Assembly (NCBI GenBank): GCA_951406725.2
Contig: OX597838.1
Location: 12,834,001-12,898,000 of the forward strand
Origin: Octopus vulgaris
Lineage: Eukaryota
Direction: 5' to 3'
Length of the DNA stretch: 64,000 nucleotides
Shown: positions 50,905 to 63,141 of the stretch, one piece after another
Numbering within the stretch: the first letter of the stretch is position 1
Layout: every line of letters begins with the position of its first letter
The notes under the pieces: model-generated
The model's input: the letters and a program-made list of their open reading frames with translations, nothing else
What the model was told of the DNA's origin: nothing
The model's database searches: none
Position numbers and translations under genes: made by a program

Positions 50905-51133
50905 TTAACCCTTTAGTGTTCGCATTATTCTACCAAAATTAATGCTTTTTCATCCAAATTGTTTTGAACTAATCATGCATTATCTTGTAGCTATGAGAGT
51001 TTGATGAGGTAGCTGTTAATTTTTAAAATGATATTGTAGGGTTGGTGTGAGAGACCAGATCTGGCCAGTTTGAATATAAAACAGGCAGAATACTTTTGGC
51101 CGGATATGGCCGGTTTAAATGCTAAAGGGTTAA
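50905..51133. mobile_element. Second piggyBac-type MITE family
   Basis: TTAA-ccctttag...ctaaaggg-TTAA; degraded relatives near 2280-2410, 4160-4726 and 28070-28250. Confidence 0.75.
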
Positions 51134-51292
51134 GTAAGGTTTCTATGGTTAGATGCCCTTTTTAATGCCAACAACTTTACAGAGTGAACTAGGTACTTTT
51201 TTTTTTAATAGTGAGGTTGCCATGTAATTAGCAAGTCAGAAAAGAACAAGAAAAAAGGCAAGGGAAAAAGCTCCAACTGTTAAGAAGAAGTA

Positions 51293-51516
51293 CAGGGTGT
51301 CCATAAATTATCTTTACAATTTGAAAAATTCAGAAAAAGAATGAGAAATAAGGATAACTCTTTAGAGTTCATTGGGAAACATAGGCAAACAAATAAAGTT
51401 ACATTAGAAATGCCAGTATACACTCCAACGTGGGCTCTACTGGGTGCACACAACACATCTAGATGGTACAATACAATAAATTGTGGAAGTTGTAAAGATA
51501 ATTTATGAACATCCTG
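51293..51516. mobile_element. Tc1/mariner-type MITE
   Basis: ta|cagggtgtccataaattatctttacaa ... ttgtaaagataatttatgaacatcctg terminal inverted repeats. Confidence 0.7.
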
Positions 51517-52299
51517 TGATTGAAAGAGAAAGGTGAAAGTGTATTTGTATTCACAAATACAAGCTTATCAAATACTGTACAACATAAATCATAAATTCAT
51601 GATATATTAAGACTATCTCTGCCTCTGGAGGATGTATCATGTTGGTTCAACAAGTATCTGGCAATTGCTTGTCCCCTTAGACATTCTAGGTTAGTGTCCA
51701 GAATGCTGTAAGATCACTGAGAGTGAAACACAGCTTAGTTTTTGCTAAAGCATGTCTTTAGGAGAAGACTCTACTGTGTTTGCAGCTGCAACAGAGGTAT
51801 AACTGGACAGGTAGTCTAGGGTCAGCAGCCTTGGGAAGCAGCCAGGCTAAGAAAAGTTTAACACCACCAAGTATAAGCCCTTACTGCCTGTGAAAATATG
51901 AAGGCTAAGAGACTCAACCTTAACAATAAACCAGGTTGGAAAGTGAACTCAGTACCCACTAACTCAATCATCATCATCGTTTAACGTCCGCTTTCCATGC
52001 TAGCATATGTTGGACGGTTCAACTGTGGTCTGGGAAGCCCGAAGGCTGCACCAGGCCCAGTCAGATCTGGCAGTGTTTCTACAGCTGGATGCCCTTCCTA
52101 ACGCCAACCACTCCATGAGTGTAGTGGGTGCTTTTTACGTGCCACCGACACAGGTGCCAGACGAGGCTCGTGAACAGCCAATGTATCTCAAAAAGAGGAT
52201 GAAAACACAGTGCAGGGTTTTGGGGCCAAATTTGACAGTTTGCATTAAAGGAAAAGAAAACACCAAGTCCCATCTAAAAATAAAGTATTTAAAAAAATC

Positions 52300-53035
52300 A
52301 AAAACTGTTGTCTAGATGGCTGAGAGATAACAGTTTACTCAAAGGAGCTGCCCTCATCTTCCACCATCGCCTCAAGATGAGTCTTGGAAGATGGAACCTG
52401 GCACATGCATTCCTCACTGTGTCCCTGGGAAGATCATTGAACGCCTTGATCTTGGCCACCAACTCACCCTTGATGATGCAGTTGGTGTCTTTCTCAACTG
52501 CAATCCACACATAGTATAATAATAATAATGAAATCACTGTATACAGTGCTCAGGTGCACCACAACTTGTCAGAAAGTGCATATAAAGTACATGCAGTAAT
52601 GTATGACTGTCTGGAAAGCGAACAATGTATGAGTCAGATACATGCCTGTGTGTGTATGGAGGGGAGAAAATCAGGTGTAGTGTTGGCGAATCTCAGAAAG
52701 CATGGAAGTTTCAAAGGATGCAGTGCTCCAACAACTAACAACTGATGCTGGCAGTTTGTTCCATGCTTCAGCAACTCTCAGCATGAAAAAATGTTTCCTG
52801 AAGTCATGGGAGCTGTGCTGTTTTCTGACTTTGTAAATATGTCCATGGGTGTTAGACGGAGGGAGTTTGAAAAGGTGCTCAGAGTTATTGTTTGTAAGAT
52901 GGTTGATAATTTTATGGGTAATGCATGAGATTACAGTTGGCAGAATTAGGAGGCTGGTGAAGTCATCAAAATTCTCTGGAAACCACTTCTGACTCTTTCC
53001 AGATGTATAGCAGGGAGCCAAATCCTGCTGTGACA
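52300..53035 (-). mobile_element. Mariner-like transposase remnant interrupted by a CR1 3' fragment (about 52515-52920)
   Basis: QQDLAPCYTSGKSQKWFPENF...YYVWIAVEKDTN...VRNACARF flank a copy of the CR1 tail. Confidence 0.65.
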
Positions 53036-53349
53036 CATGTAGCCTTTCAGCAGCAACTCTCTCCAGCCAGGAGATGTCACATGATAGTTTTATACAAACA
53101 TTCCCGGATTATACAAGTAATGCTATTCCTTTTCAGTCTTCCATGCTTCCATGGAAACATGTCTGACAATGGGGAAATATTTACTACTTTATTTGGAAAC
53201 TGGTAAGGGTTGGTGCCAGGAAGGATCCAGCTGTAGAAAATCTACCTCAAGAGATTCGGTTCGACCTATTCAAACATTGGAACAGTGGATGCTAAAACAA
53301 TGATTGTGATGATGATGATGGTGATGATACAATTTTTATATATTTTCAG

Positions 53350-53487
53350 GTCACGCTTATTTCCGACACAACGGATGTCTATAGACACCCCTTTGGCATA
53401 CGCACCGTGAAAGTAAACTCTCGTCAGCTACTTATAAATGATCAACCGTTTTACTGTCTTGGTGTGGGAAGACACGAAGATGCTGAT
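53350..53487 (+). CDS. GUSB: GUSB exon 6
   Basis: tttcag|VTLISDTTDVYRHPFGIRTVKV...INDQPFYCLGVGRHEDAD|gtaagt. Confidence 0.95.
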
Positions 53488-53935
53488 GTAAGTCTGGTCT
53501 CCGTCAAAATTCTTTTGTTCTCTCTTCATTTCAGACATTTCTTTATAGAAGATCATTGCTTTGGACATCGAATTACAACAAAACATTAGGTTGTTGTTGT
53601 TGTTGTTTAATTCTAGGTCAGTCTTAAGGGGGCAGATCTTGGTTCAAAATGCATTTGTCATGACCACCTCATCTTTTACAGCTGGCAAAATGCTTAACAA
53701 CATTTCATCCTGAGTTCAAAGACTTTACCTTTCATTCTTTGGGCTTGATAACATAAGTACCATTTGAGTCCTGGGGTCAATGTAATTGACCTACCTCCTC
53801 CCCTGAAATTACTGGTCTTGTGCCAAAATTTGAAACCATTATTATAGTTTTATTTACTTTGAGTTCTTCAGTTAGAAATAATAAAAAAAAATATACCAAA
53901 CTACACCAAACCAATATACTTTTTGTCTTCTGTAG

Positions 53936-54111
53936 GTGAGGGGTAAAGGTGTTGATCTCCCATTCATTGCCAAAGATTTCAACTTGATGAAGTGGCTTGG
54001 TGTCAACTGCTTCCGTACATCTCACTATCCATATTCTGAAGAATTGATGGATGAAGCTGACAGACAAGGATTTGCTGTGATTGATGAAAGTCCAGGAGTT
54101 GGCATTGAGAG
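53936..54111 (+). CDS. GUSB: GUSB exon 7
   Basis: tgtag|[36 protein letters not shown]...[10 protein letters not shown]|gttggt; GH2 signature. Confidence 0.95.
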
Positions 54112-54274
54112 GTTGGTCCCTTTCTACTCGTTTTTTCTTTACTAAGCAGCAACATTTTCTTTTAGTCAGCACCCTAAAGTGTTTCTGAGACATATTGAAA
54201 GAAGAGTGGAAGTTATCTTCAGACAGGGGAATTCTGGTCCCTAATTCCCCTGTCTGAAGATAACTTCCACTAAA

Positions 54275-54864
54275 TCTGTGTTTAGCCCCTTGTGGGTAGT
54301 AAAGAAATAGGTATTTCGTCTGTCGTTACGTTCTGAGTTCAAATTCCGCCGAGGTCGACTTTGCCTTTTATCCTTTCAGGGTCGATAAATTAAGTACCAG
54401 TTGCGCACTGGGGTCGATATAATCGACTTAATCCGTTTGTCTGTCCTTGTTTGTCCCCTCTGTGTTTAGCCCCTTGTGGGTAGTAAAGAAATAGGTATTT
54501 CGTCTGTCGTTACGTTCCGAGTTCAAATTTCACCGAGGTCGACTTTGCCTTTCATCCTTTCGGGGTCGATAAATTAAGTACCAGTTGCGCACTGGGGTCG
54601 ATATAATCGACTTAATCCGTTTGTCTGTCCTTGTTTGTCCCCTCTGTGTTTAGCCCCTTGTGGGTAGTAAAGAAATAGGTATTTTGTCTGCCGTCACGTT
54701 CTGAGTTCAAATTCCGCCGAGGTCAACTTTGCCTTTTATCCTTTCGGGGTCGATAAATTAAGTACCAGTTACGCACTGGGGTCGATGTAATCGACTAAAT
54801 CCGTTTGTCTGTCCTTGTTTTTTGACCCCTCTGTGTTTAGCCCCCTGTGGGTAGTAAAGAAATA
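54275..54864 (+). repeat. Headless tandem array of the SINE family D body, three 184-bp units plus a partial unit
   Basis: Unit junctions at 54311, 54495 and 54679. Confidence 0.9.
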
Positions 54865-55007
54865 TATATTGACCCCAGTGCGTAACTGGCACTTAATTTA
54901 TCGACCCCAAAAGGATGACAAAGAGTTGGACTTCTTTTCGAAAACACACAGAATACAATTATATGGTCCCTTATTGGGTTTAAAATATTTTCCTGACTTC
55001 ATTTCAG

Positions 55008-55154
55008 AAACAACATGGAAGAAGTGAATTTGGTTCACCACAAAAATGTGATGCAGGAATTGGTCGAACGAGACAAAAACAGACCCTCTGTAATTATTTG
55101 GTCGGTTGCTAATGAACCCAGCTCTGCTGCACCGAAGGCCAAAGGTTATTTCAA
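55008..55154 (+). CDS. GUSB: GUSB exon 8 (acid/base Glu)
   Basis: atttcag|NNMEEVNLVHHKNVMQELVERDKNRPSVIIWSVANEPSS...GYF|gtaagc. Confidence 0.95.
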
Positions 55155-55217
55155 GTAAGCATTTTATTCAAGTCTCTTCCGTCCTTTTACGATCTTATTT
55201 CTAATGAAATACACTGC

Positions 55218-55264
55218 ATATCATCATTGACATCATCGTCATCATCATCATCATCATCATCATC

Positions 55265-55295
<31 letters not shown>

Positions 55296-55357
55296 CCACC
55301 ATCACCATCATCATCACCATCATCATCACCATCACCATCATCACCACCACCATCACC

Positions 55358-55391
<34 letters not shown>

Positions 55392-55627
55392 CCATCTCCA
55401 TCATCATCACCATCATCATCATCATCACCACCACCACCATCACCACCACTACCACCACCATCATCATCATCACCATCACCACCATCATCATCACCATCAT
55501 CATCAGCATCATCACCACCACCACCATCACCACCACTACCACCACCACCATCATCATCATCATCACCATCACCACCATCATCACCACCATCATCATCATC
55601 ATCACCACCACCACCATCACCACCACT

Positions 55628-55658
<31 letters not shown>

Positions 55659-55801
55659 CTATCACCACCATCATCATCACCATCATCATCAGCATCATCA
55701 CCACCACCACCATCACCACCACTACCATCATCATCATCATCACCATCACCACCATCATCATCACCATCATCATCATCATCATCACCACCATCACCACCAC
55801 T

Positions 55802-55871
<70 letters not shown>

Positions 55872-55912
55872 CCATCATCACCATCACCACCATCATCATC
55901 ATCATCACCACC

Positions 55913-55946
<34 letters not shown>

Positions 55947-55953
55947 TCATCAT
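55218..55953. repeat. Compound (CAT)n/(CAC)n trinucleotide array with higher-order blocks
   Basis: About 735 bp of CAY triplets with recurring 'caccactaccac' and 'catcagcatc' markers. Confidence 0.95.
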
Positions 55954-56349
55954 AATATACACTTTTCCATACCTGCATGGATCAGATAGAATTCCTTGAG
56001 AGAGAGAGATTTTTTTTTAGCAGCTGGATGCTCTTCCTGTTGCCAACTCTCACTCGTTTCCAGGCTTGGTAATATTTTTTCAATGACCAAACATATTCTT
56101 GTAGAATATTGGAAATGAGAGACATTGCTTTTATGATGAACTGTCCCATGATGTCGAAACAAGGACAGATGGACACATACACACACACACACAAAACCAC
56201 CATCATCATCATCATTGCTTTAACATCTACTTAAATTAAGTACCAGTTACACACTGGGGTCGATGTAATCGACTTAATCCGTTTGTCTGTCCTTGTTTGT
56301 CCCTTCTGTGTTTGGCCCCTTGTGGGTAGTAAAGAAATATATATTGTTA

Positions 56350-56749
56350 CTAGCAGTATCGCCCGGCGTTGCTCGGGTTTGTAAGGGAAATAACTATATA
56401 AGCATTTTTAGAGATGTAAAGTATAATAGCCATCTCAATATGGCTAACCACAAAGCGGGGGGGGGGTGTTACTGTAGCTTTTTACGTTCTGAGATTTAAT
56501 AATACTTTTTTAGAGAGTTATTTCCCTTATATATGCCAAAAATGCATTAAAAATGGGAAAAAATTATGGTAAATTTTTTTAAATCGTAGACTCATCGTAG
56601 ATGCACGCTAATACCCAGAAGGGCTCGATATGAATCACGACTATAAGATACCCGCTTTTGGTTAAACTGCACCGCAAAATGTGGGAGTAGTTAGGAATCT
56701 AAATCGGAGTAGACAGACACTCACACAACCTCACTTTTATATATATAGA
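56350..56749 (-). mobile_element. Intact non-autonomous Helitron (400 bp)
   Basis: Minus strand: A|TCTATATATATAAAAG ... cccgagcaacgccggg hairpin ... CTAG|T; no TSD, A/T insertion site. Confidence 0.85.
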
Positions 56750-57022
56750 TTACAATGTTGCAGTGTATTCATTTATCCATAAGGGTATAACACATACAAA
56801 CAGTCACACACATGTATGTTCTTCTCTTTCTCCTCTTAATCTAGAGTTAATTTTGACTGGCTGCTTGCTTGGTAGCAGGGTTGTGAAGAGAAGCGTCTTG
56901 TTTGTTCATCTTCCTTCAAATCTTAAGAAGGCTTTGCAGATTTTTATAGTCCCAGATATCATGACCATTTGTAGTGTATGAATTAAGGAGTTGCATTATT
57001 TTCCAAAGAACTTAAGTTCAAA

Positions 57023-57205
57023 GTCAGTGAACAGGTCGCGGTCTCAAAGCGACGAAAATATTTTGACAAATTAAATTTATATGTTGAAGTGAATCTAACA
57101 GTTTTGTGTGTTTCTTAAATGGCTTATAAACACCTTCCACGCTGCAATTGTTTTCGTTCCAGCACACGATCTCAGATCAAGTCACTTGCTATGCAAGTAC
57201 ATCTC
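57023..57205 (+). mobile_element. Short Penelope-like repeat beginning with a G3-C8 hammerhead-like motif (57023-57067)
   Basis: gtca GTGAACA g gtcgc ggtctcaaa gcgac GAAAATATTT tgac; homologous to 16430-16625. Confidence 0.6.
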
Positions 57206-57477
57206 CGTAATTCTTTGCTCTGTTACTCCATTAACAACAGGTATGAAACCAAAAGTGTATTTTGGGTATTGTATAAATGTGTGTGTGTGTGTGTGTGTAT
57301 GCCGTGAAGTGGGACTGAACCAGAAACCATGTTGGTTGGGAGCCAGATGTCTTAACTACACAACCACACCTTCTTCTCAGATGCTTCTTCCATTGCTCAT
57401 ATCTTTTTCCATTGCAGCCAGTGTCTTGTGAACAAGGAACACTAACCTTGTGCATTGTTGAAATTTGTATTTTTCAG

Positions 57478-57562
57478 GGGTATCATCAGATTCACCCAGA
57501 TGCTTGACAAAAGTCGACCTGTGACCTTTGTAATGAATGCCAATATGTTTCGTGATAAAGCT
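57478..57562 (+). CDS. GUSB: GUSB exon 9
   Basis: tttcag|(K)GIIRFTQMLDKSRPVTFVMNANMFRDKA|gtgagt, phase 2/0. Confidence 0.93.
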
Positions 57563-57602
57563 GTGAGTACTTCATGAGAATAAAGCAAATCCTTAATTTT
57601 CA

Positions 57603-58048
57603 TTAACCCTTTCGTTACCAACCCGGCTGAAACCGGCTCTGGTTCTGTAGTACAAATGTCTTGTTTTCATAAGTTTTGAAATTAAAATCTTCAACCAAAC
57701 CTTAGTCACAATTTATGTTCCTAACACTGGCTGAATGATAACTAAGTTATTTTACTAAATCCTTTATTATAGATCCTTAAATCCTTAAAAATGTTTTAGC
57801 CCGAAGGCCGTGGCCATGCTGGGGCACCACCGCTGAATGAGCTACACTAATATGTGAATCCACCTCTGATACGTGGCACTTGATCAACAAGGGAGTTCGA
57901 TGCCGCTGCCCGCATCTGAGTCTCCTGTCGTGAGGTAGGTTCATCTGGGACACCCCGACAAGAAGAGATCCAGTTTAGTTTTAAAGAAACCCACATCCTG
58001 AAAGAAACACAGAGCATCTCAAAATAAATACAGTAGCGAAAGGGTTAA
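57603..58048. mobile_element. piggyBac-type MITE with a nested ~230-bp insertion
   Basis: TTAA-ccctttcgttac...gcgaaaggg-TTAA; unrelated sequence at about 57770-57998. Confidence 0.75.
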
Positions 58049-58521
58049 ATATCAGGGGTGCCTGGTTGATCCACATGCAGTTTACTGTTGTGAAAAAAGT
58101 GAAAAAATTAAATTGTCTCCACCCCAAATAAAATGAAAGTAAATTGCTATAGAAACCAAAAGTGACAATAGCGACGTAATAAAATTTCATAAAAAGAACA
58201 TAAATAACTCCCTCACTATGTCATCTCCACAGGTCACCTAGGAGTATAGAATGGAAAAAAGTACAGGAAAATACTGTTTGATTGTGGACCCCGATCACAT
58301 GCATGGCTCATTATAAAATATTGGATATTTCCAGGAGCATGTTTGTTAGGCAGATGTGTGGCTGTGTGGTAAGAACTTGCTTCTCAACCACATGGATACA
58401 GGTTCAGTCCCGCTGCAAAGCACCTTGGGCAAGTGTCTTCGACATACCTTAGGACTGACCAAAGTCTTGTGAGTGGATTTGGTAGACAGAAATTGAAAGA
58501 AGTCCATTGTGTGTGTGTATG

Positions 58522-58554
<33 letters not shown>

Positions 58555-58583
58555 ATATATATATATGTGCATATATATATATA

Positions 58584-58624
<41 letters not shown>

Positions 58625-59158
58625 CATATATATATATATATAGTGCATATATATATATATGTATATATATATATGTGCATATATATATATATATATACAC
58701 ACACATACATACAGGCACGTACATACATATACACACACACATGCGCGCGCGTGTGTGTGTATCTTTACGTCCGTTTGTCCCCCACCACTGATTGACAACT
58801 GGTGTTGGTGTGTTTATATCCCCATAACTTTATGGTTGGGCAAAACTGACTAGTAAAATAATCACCAGCCTTAAACAATAACAGCATCCATACACAGACT
58901 ATAGAAGGGCAATGGATGCTCGCCTATAAAGAAATTTAGGCAACAATGTGGGACAGGTGATTTATTTACATCATAACTTCATGAGCATGTGTGACAAGTC
59001 AAATTTAGAGATTAGGAAAAACTACTGCAATTTGCTTTCACTTTTTTAGGGCAATTTACTTTCACTTATTTTTTACGATGGTAAACTGCATATTGACTGG
59101 TACGGTTTGTTTAACGTAAGGGCTGCAATACAGTAAACATCAGAGGTATTTACAATAA

Positions 59159-60533
59159 GGCGGCGAGCTGGCAGAAACTTTAGCACACCGGGCGAAATGC
59201 GTAGCCATATTTCGTCAGCCGTTACGTTCTGAGTTCAAATTCCGCCGAGGTCGACTTTGCCTTTCATCCTTTGGGGTCGATTAAATAAGTACCAGTTATG
59301 CACTGGGGTCGATATAATCGACTTAATCCCTTTGTCTGTCCGTGTTTGTCCCCTCTGTGTTTAGCCCCTTGTGGGTAGTAAAGAAATAGGTATTTCGTCT
59401 GTCGTTACGTTGTGAGTTCAAATTCCGCCGAGGTCGACTTCGCCTTGCATCCTTTGGGGGTCGATTAAATAAGTACCAGTTACGCACTGGGGTCGATATA
59501 ATCGACTTAATACCTATGTCTGTCCTTGTTTGTCCCCCTCTGTGTTTAGCCCCTTGTGGGTAGTAAAGAAATAGGTATTTCGTCTGTCGTTACGTTGTGA
59601 GTTCAAATTCCGCCGAGGTCGACTTTGCCTTTCATCCTTTCGGGGTCGATTAAATAAGTACCAGTTACGCACTGGGGTCGATATAATCGACTTAATACCT
59701 ATGTCTGTCCTTGTTTGTCCCCCTCTGTGTTTAGCCCCTTGTGGGTAGTAAAGAAATAGGTATTTCGTCTGTCGTTACGTTGTGAGTTCAAATTCCGCCG
59801 AGGTCGACTTTGCCTTTCATCCTTTCGGGGTCGATTAAATAAGTACCAGTTACGCACTGGGGTCGATATAATCGACTTAATCCGTTTGTCTGTCCTTGTT
59901 CGTCCCCTCTGTGTTTAGCCCCTTGTGGGTAGTAAAGAAATAGGTATTTCGTCTGTCGTTACGTTGTGAGTTCAAATTCCGCCGAGGTCGACTTTGCCTT
60001 TCATCCTTTCGGGGTCGATTAAATAAGTACCAGTTACGCACTGGGGTCGATATAATCGACTTAATCCGTTTGTCTGTCCTTGTTCGTCCCCTCTGTGTTT
60101 AGCCCCTTGTGGGTAGTAAAGAAATAGGTATTTCGTCTGTCGTTACGTTGTGAGTTCAAATTCCGCCGAGGTCGACTTTGCCTTTCATCCTTTCGGGGTC
60201 GATTAAATAAGTACCAGTTACGCACTGGGGTCGATATAATCGACTTAATACCTATGTCTGTCCTTGTTTGTCCCCCTCTGTGTTTAGCCCCTTGTGGGTA
60301 GTAAAGAAATAGGTATTTCGTCTGTCGTTACGTTGTGAGTTCAAATTCCGCCGAGGTCGACTTTGCCTTTCATCCTTTCGGGGTCGATTAAATAAGTACC
60401 AGTTACGCACTGGGGTCGATATAATCGACTTAATCCGTTTGTCTGTCCTTGTTCGTCCCCTCTGTGTTTAGCCCCTTGTGGGTAGTAAAGAAATAGGTAT
60501 TTCGTCTGTCGTTACGTTGTGAGTTCAAATTCC
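59159..60533 (+). mobile_element. SINE family D concatemer: one tRNA-like head, seven ~184-bp units and a partial unit, with a 12-bp TSD
   Basis: Units start at 59207, 59390, 59575, 59760, 59944, 60128, 60313 and 60497; ggtatttacaat occurs at 59145-59156 and 60534-60545. Confidence 0.9.
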
Positions 60534-60659
60534 GGTATTTACAATTTTCCTTCTTCCTGGTTTTTTAGACGGGTCTAACGTAGCACTCATGTAATTAACA
60601 TAATTAATATTCTTTAATCAGGCATTTACAAAATCCGTTTCCCATTTATAACCTCCCAG

Positions 60660-60836
60660 GCACAGTTTGCGGATATCCTCTGCATAAACCGTTATTTCGG
60701 TTGGTACGGTGACATGGGTCACCCAGAAGTTGTCTCCCTTCAGCTGCCTTATGAATTGGATAATTTCCATTCTTTACATCGGCTACCCGTCATCTTGACG
60801 GAATACGGAGCAGGCGCGGTCAATGGCCTTCACAGG
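60660..60836 (+). CDS. GUSB: GUSB exon 10 (nucleophile Glu)
   Basis: cccag|AQFADILCINRYFGWYGDMGH...PVILTEYGAGAVNGLHR|gtaagt. Confidence 0.95.
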
Positions 60837-61514
60837 GTAAGTCATGTAATGTTAAATACTCCTTCTTCTGTTGGCAGACCGAGTATCGTCACGACCTAAT
60901 CGACTGAGCCACCGTGCCTCCTCTATGCGCGCATATGTGTGTGTATGTGTGTGTGTGCGTACGCGTGCATCTGTACGTTTTGTCCACGTGTGTATGTGTG
61001 TGTGTGTGTGTGTGCGTGCGTGCATATGTATATTTGTATGTGTAGACATGTGTGTCTGTGTGCATTGTGTATGTGTTTGTGTGTATGTATGCGTGCACGT
61101 GTGCGTGTGTATGCATACATGAATGTTTGTTTGTGTGTATGCATGCGTCTGTGTACATCATGTATGTTTGTGTGCATGCTTGTGTGTGCATCCATGCATG
61201 TGTTTTTTATATGTCTGTGTGCATCTTGTATGTGTTTCTGCACATATGTATGTGCATAGGCCACCTCTTCTTCTCAGAGGTAAGAATGGGTTTGTGGAGG
61301 GCTAGCACCTCTACCTAGAATAATGCAAAGTTACAGAAGCATTGATGACAATATCTGGGAGAGGAAAACACCCCAGAATTGGGAACAGGGGAGAAAAGTT
61401 GTTGACAGCCTTTACCAATAATTACCAATGTGGGACATACACCTCACCAGTGGAGCTTGGGAAAATTGTGGTGAGGCACAAGATCGAAATTTTTTTTTTT
61501 TAGTGGGACATTGT

Positions 61515-61860
61515 TCGTCGTTTAACGTCCGTTCTCCATGCTAGCATGGGTTGGACGGTTCGACCGGGGATCTGGGAAGCCAGAAGGCTGCACCAGGCTC
61601 CAGTCTGATCTGGCAGTGTTTCTACAGCTGGATGCCCTTCCTAACGCCAACCACTCCGTGAGTGTAGTGGGTGCTTTTTACGTGCCACCTGCACAGGTGC
61701 CAGGCGAGGCTGGCAACGGCCACGATTGGATTGGTGCATTTTACGTGCCACCGGCACGGAAGCCAGTCGAGGCGGCACTGGCATCGGCCATGATTCGGAT
61801 GGTGCTTTTTACGTGCCACTGGCACGGAAGCCAGTCGAGGCGACGCTGGCATTGGCCACA
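61515..61860 (-). mobile_element. RTE LINE 3' end copy
   Basis: Family consensus with three internal repeats. Confidence 0.75.
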
Positions 61861-62428
61861 GAATTGTGGAAATCTTTTTTTCACAGCCTCTTGGTTAACT
61901 CAACTATTGTTAGTTGATATCTCCGAAGTTCCAATGCAGTTCTGAGAAGAGTTATCAGAAATGCAACATGATGAATCGGTGAAACAGTTTTTTAAAAAAT
62001 GAAAGGTAGCAACATGTGGCTATGTGATGAAGTTGAAAGGAAATACCCTAACACTGCCATTTCAGCAAAGGATTCATTTCTCCACCTCTTATTTTGTTGG
62101 GTGTGACTTTAATACTGTTGACAAGCTTAAGTAAGTCAGGTGACATGTAGTAGGACTGAACCTGTAATCACATGATTACAAAGCAAACTTTTAAATCCCA
62201 CAGCCATGGCTACTGTCTCCATTGTGTTACATTTCACCTTGAACACCATATAATGCCTGTGGCAAGATATAAAGCACCAACCTGTTAGATGGAAGTTTAT
62301 CATTACCTTTTCTATATAAACTGTTTGTATGACATTTGACCCTTTCCTCTACTTTGTATTGCTTTGTTTTGTGTGTGTGTGTGATATGTTTCAATGTTTT
62401 TGTTTTTTTTTTTCTGACTATTTTCAAG

Positions 62429-62564
62429 TCCCCTTCCGTTGCCTTCACCGAAGAATACCAAGTCGACTTACTGACTGCAACTCATGAAGCCCTTGACAAA
62501 CGTATTGGGACATACCTGGCTGGAGAAATGGTCTGGAATTTTGCTGACTTTCAAACAGCTCAAG
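62429..62564 (+). CDS. GUSB: GUSB exon 11 (terminal exon not seen in the window)
   Basis: ttttcaag|[15 protein letters not shown]...[17 protein letters not shown]|gtaaca. Confidence 0.93.
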
Positions 62565-63099
62565 GTAACATAATAATAATAATAATAATAATAAAAACAA
62601 ACATAACTTTCGGGGTTTTTTTTTTTCGGCATTCACTAGTACAACACTAAATATAAAACCAAATATATGGCACACTAAGCATAACAACAATACGAACTTC
62701 CCACCTGTTGCCTCTTGAGGTCTCTGGGTGAGACTGGGAGCCAACTTGTACAAATATAAATCAAAAGTCAAGCATACAATAATAATAATAATAATAATAG
62801 TAGTAGTAGTAGTAGTAGTTATAATAATAATAATTTTCAGTCTAGGTAAAAGTTACTTGTTATAACCCAATGTTAGGAATTTTTCTTTTCATACAATTTA
62901 ATCTGTTGTGTGTATATGAAATAATAATAACCCTTTCTATTATCGGCACAAAACCTGTAATTTTGTGGGAAGGGGCTTGTTAATTACATTGACCCCAGTT
63001 CTCAACTGGTACTTATTTCATTGACCACAAAAGACATATGAAATGCCACTAAGCATTTTGCCCAGTGCAGTAAAGATTCTGCCAGCTCACTGCACTGAC

Positions 63100-63100
<1 letters not shown>

Positions 63101-63141
<41 letters not shown>

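Noticed and set aside
55187-55978. 242-263 aa ORFs (poly-D/G, poly-M/V, poly-S/P)
   Set aside because: They are translations of a CAT/CAC trinucleotide array inside GUSB intron 8, with no splice or domain support.
59207-60533. CRISPR-like regular array
   Set aside because: Units are near-identical over their full length with no unique spacers and no cas genes. It is a SINE-derived tandem repeat in a eukaryote, and no hammerhead core was found in the unit.
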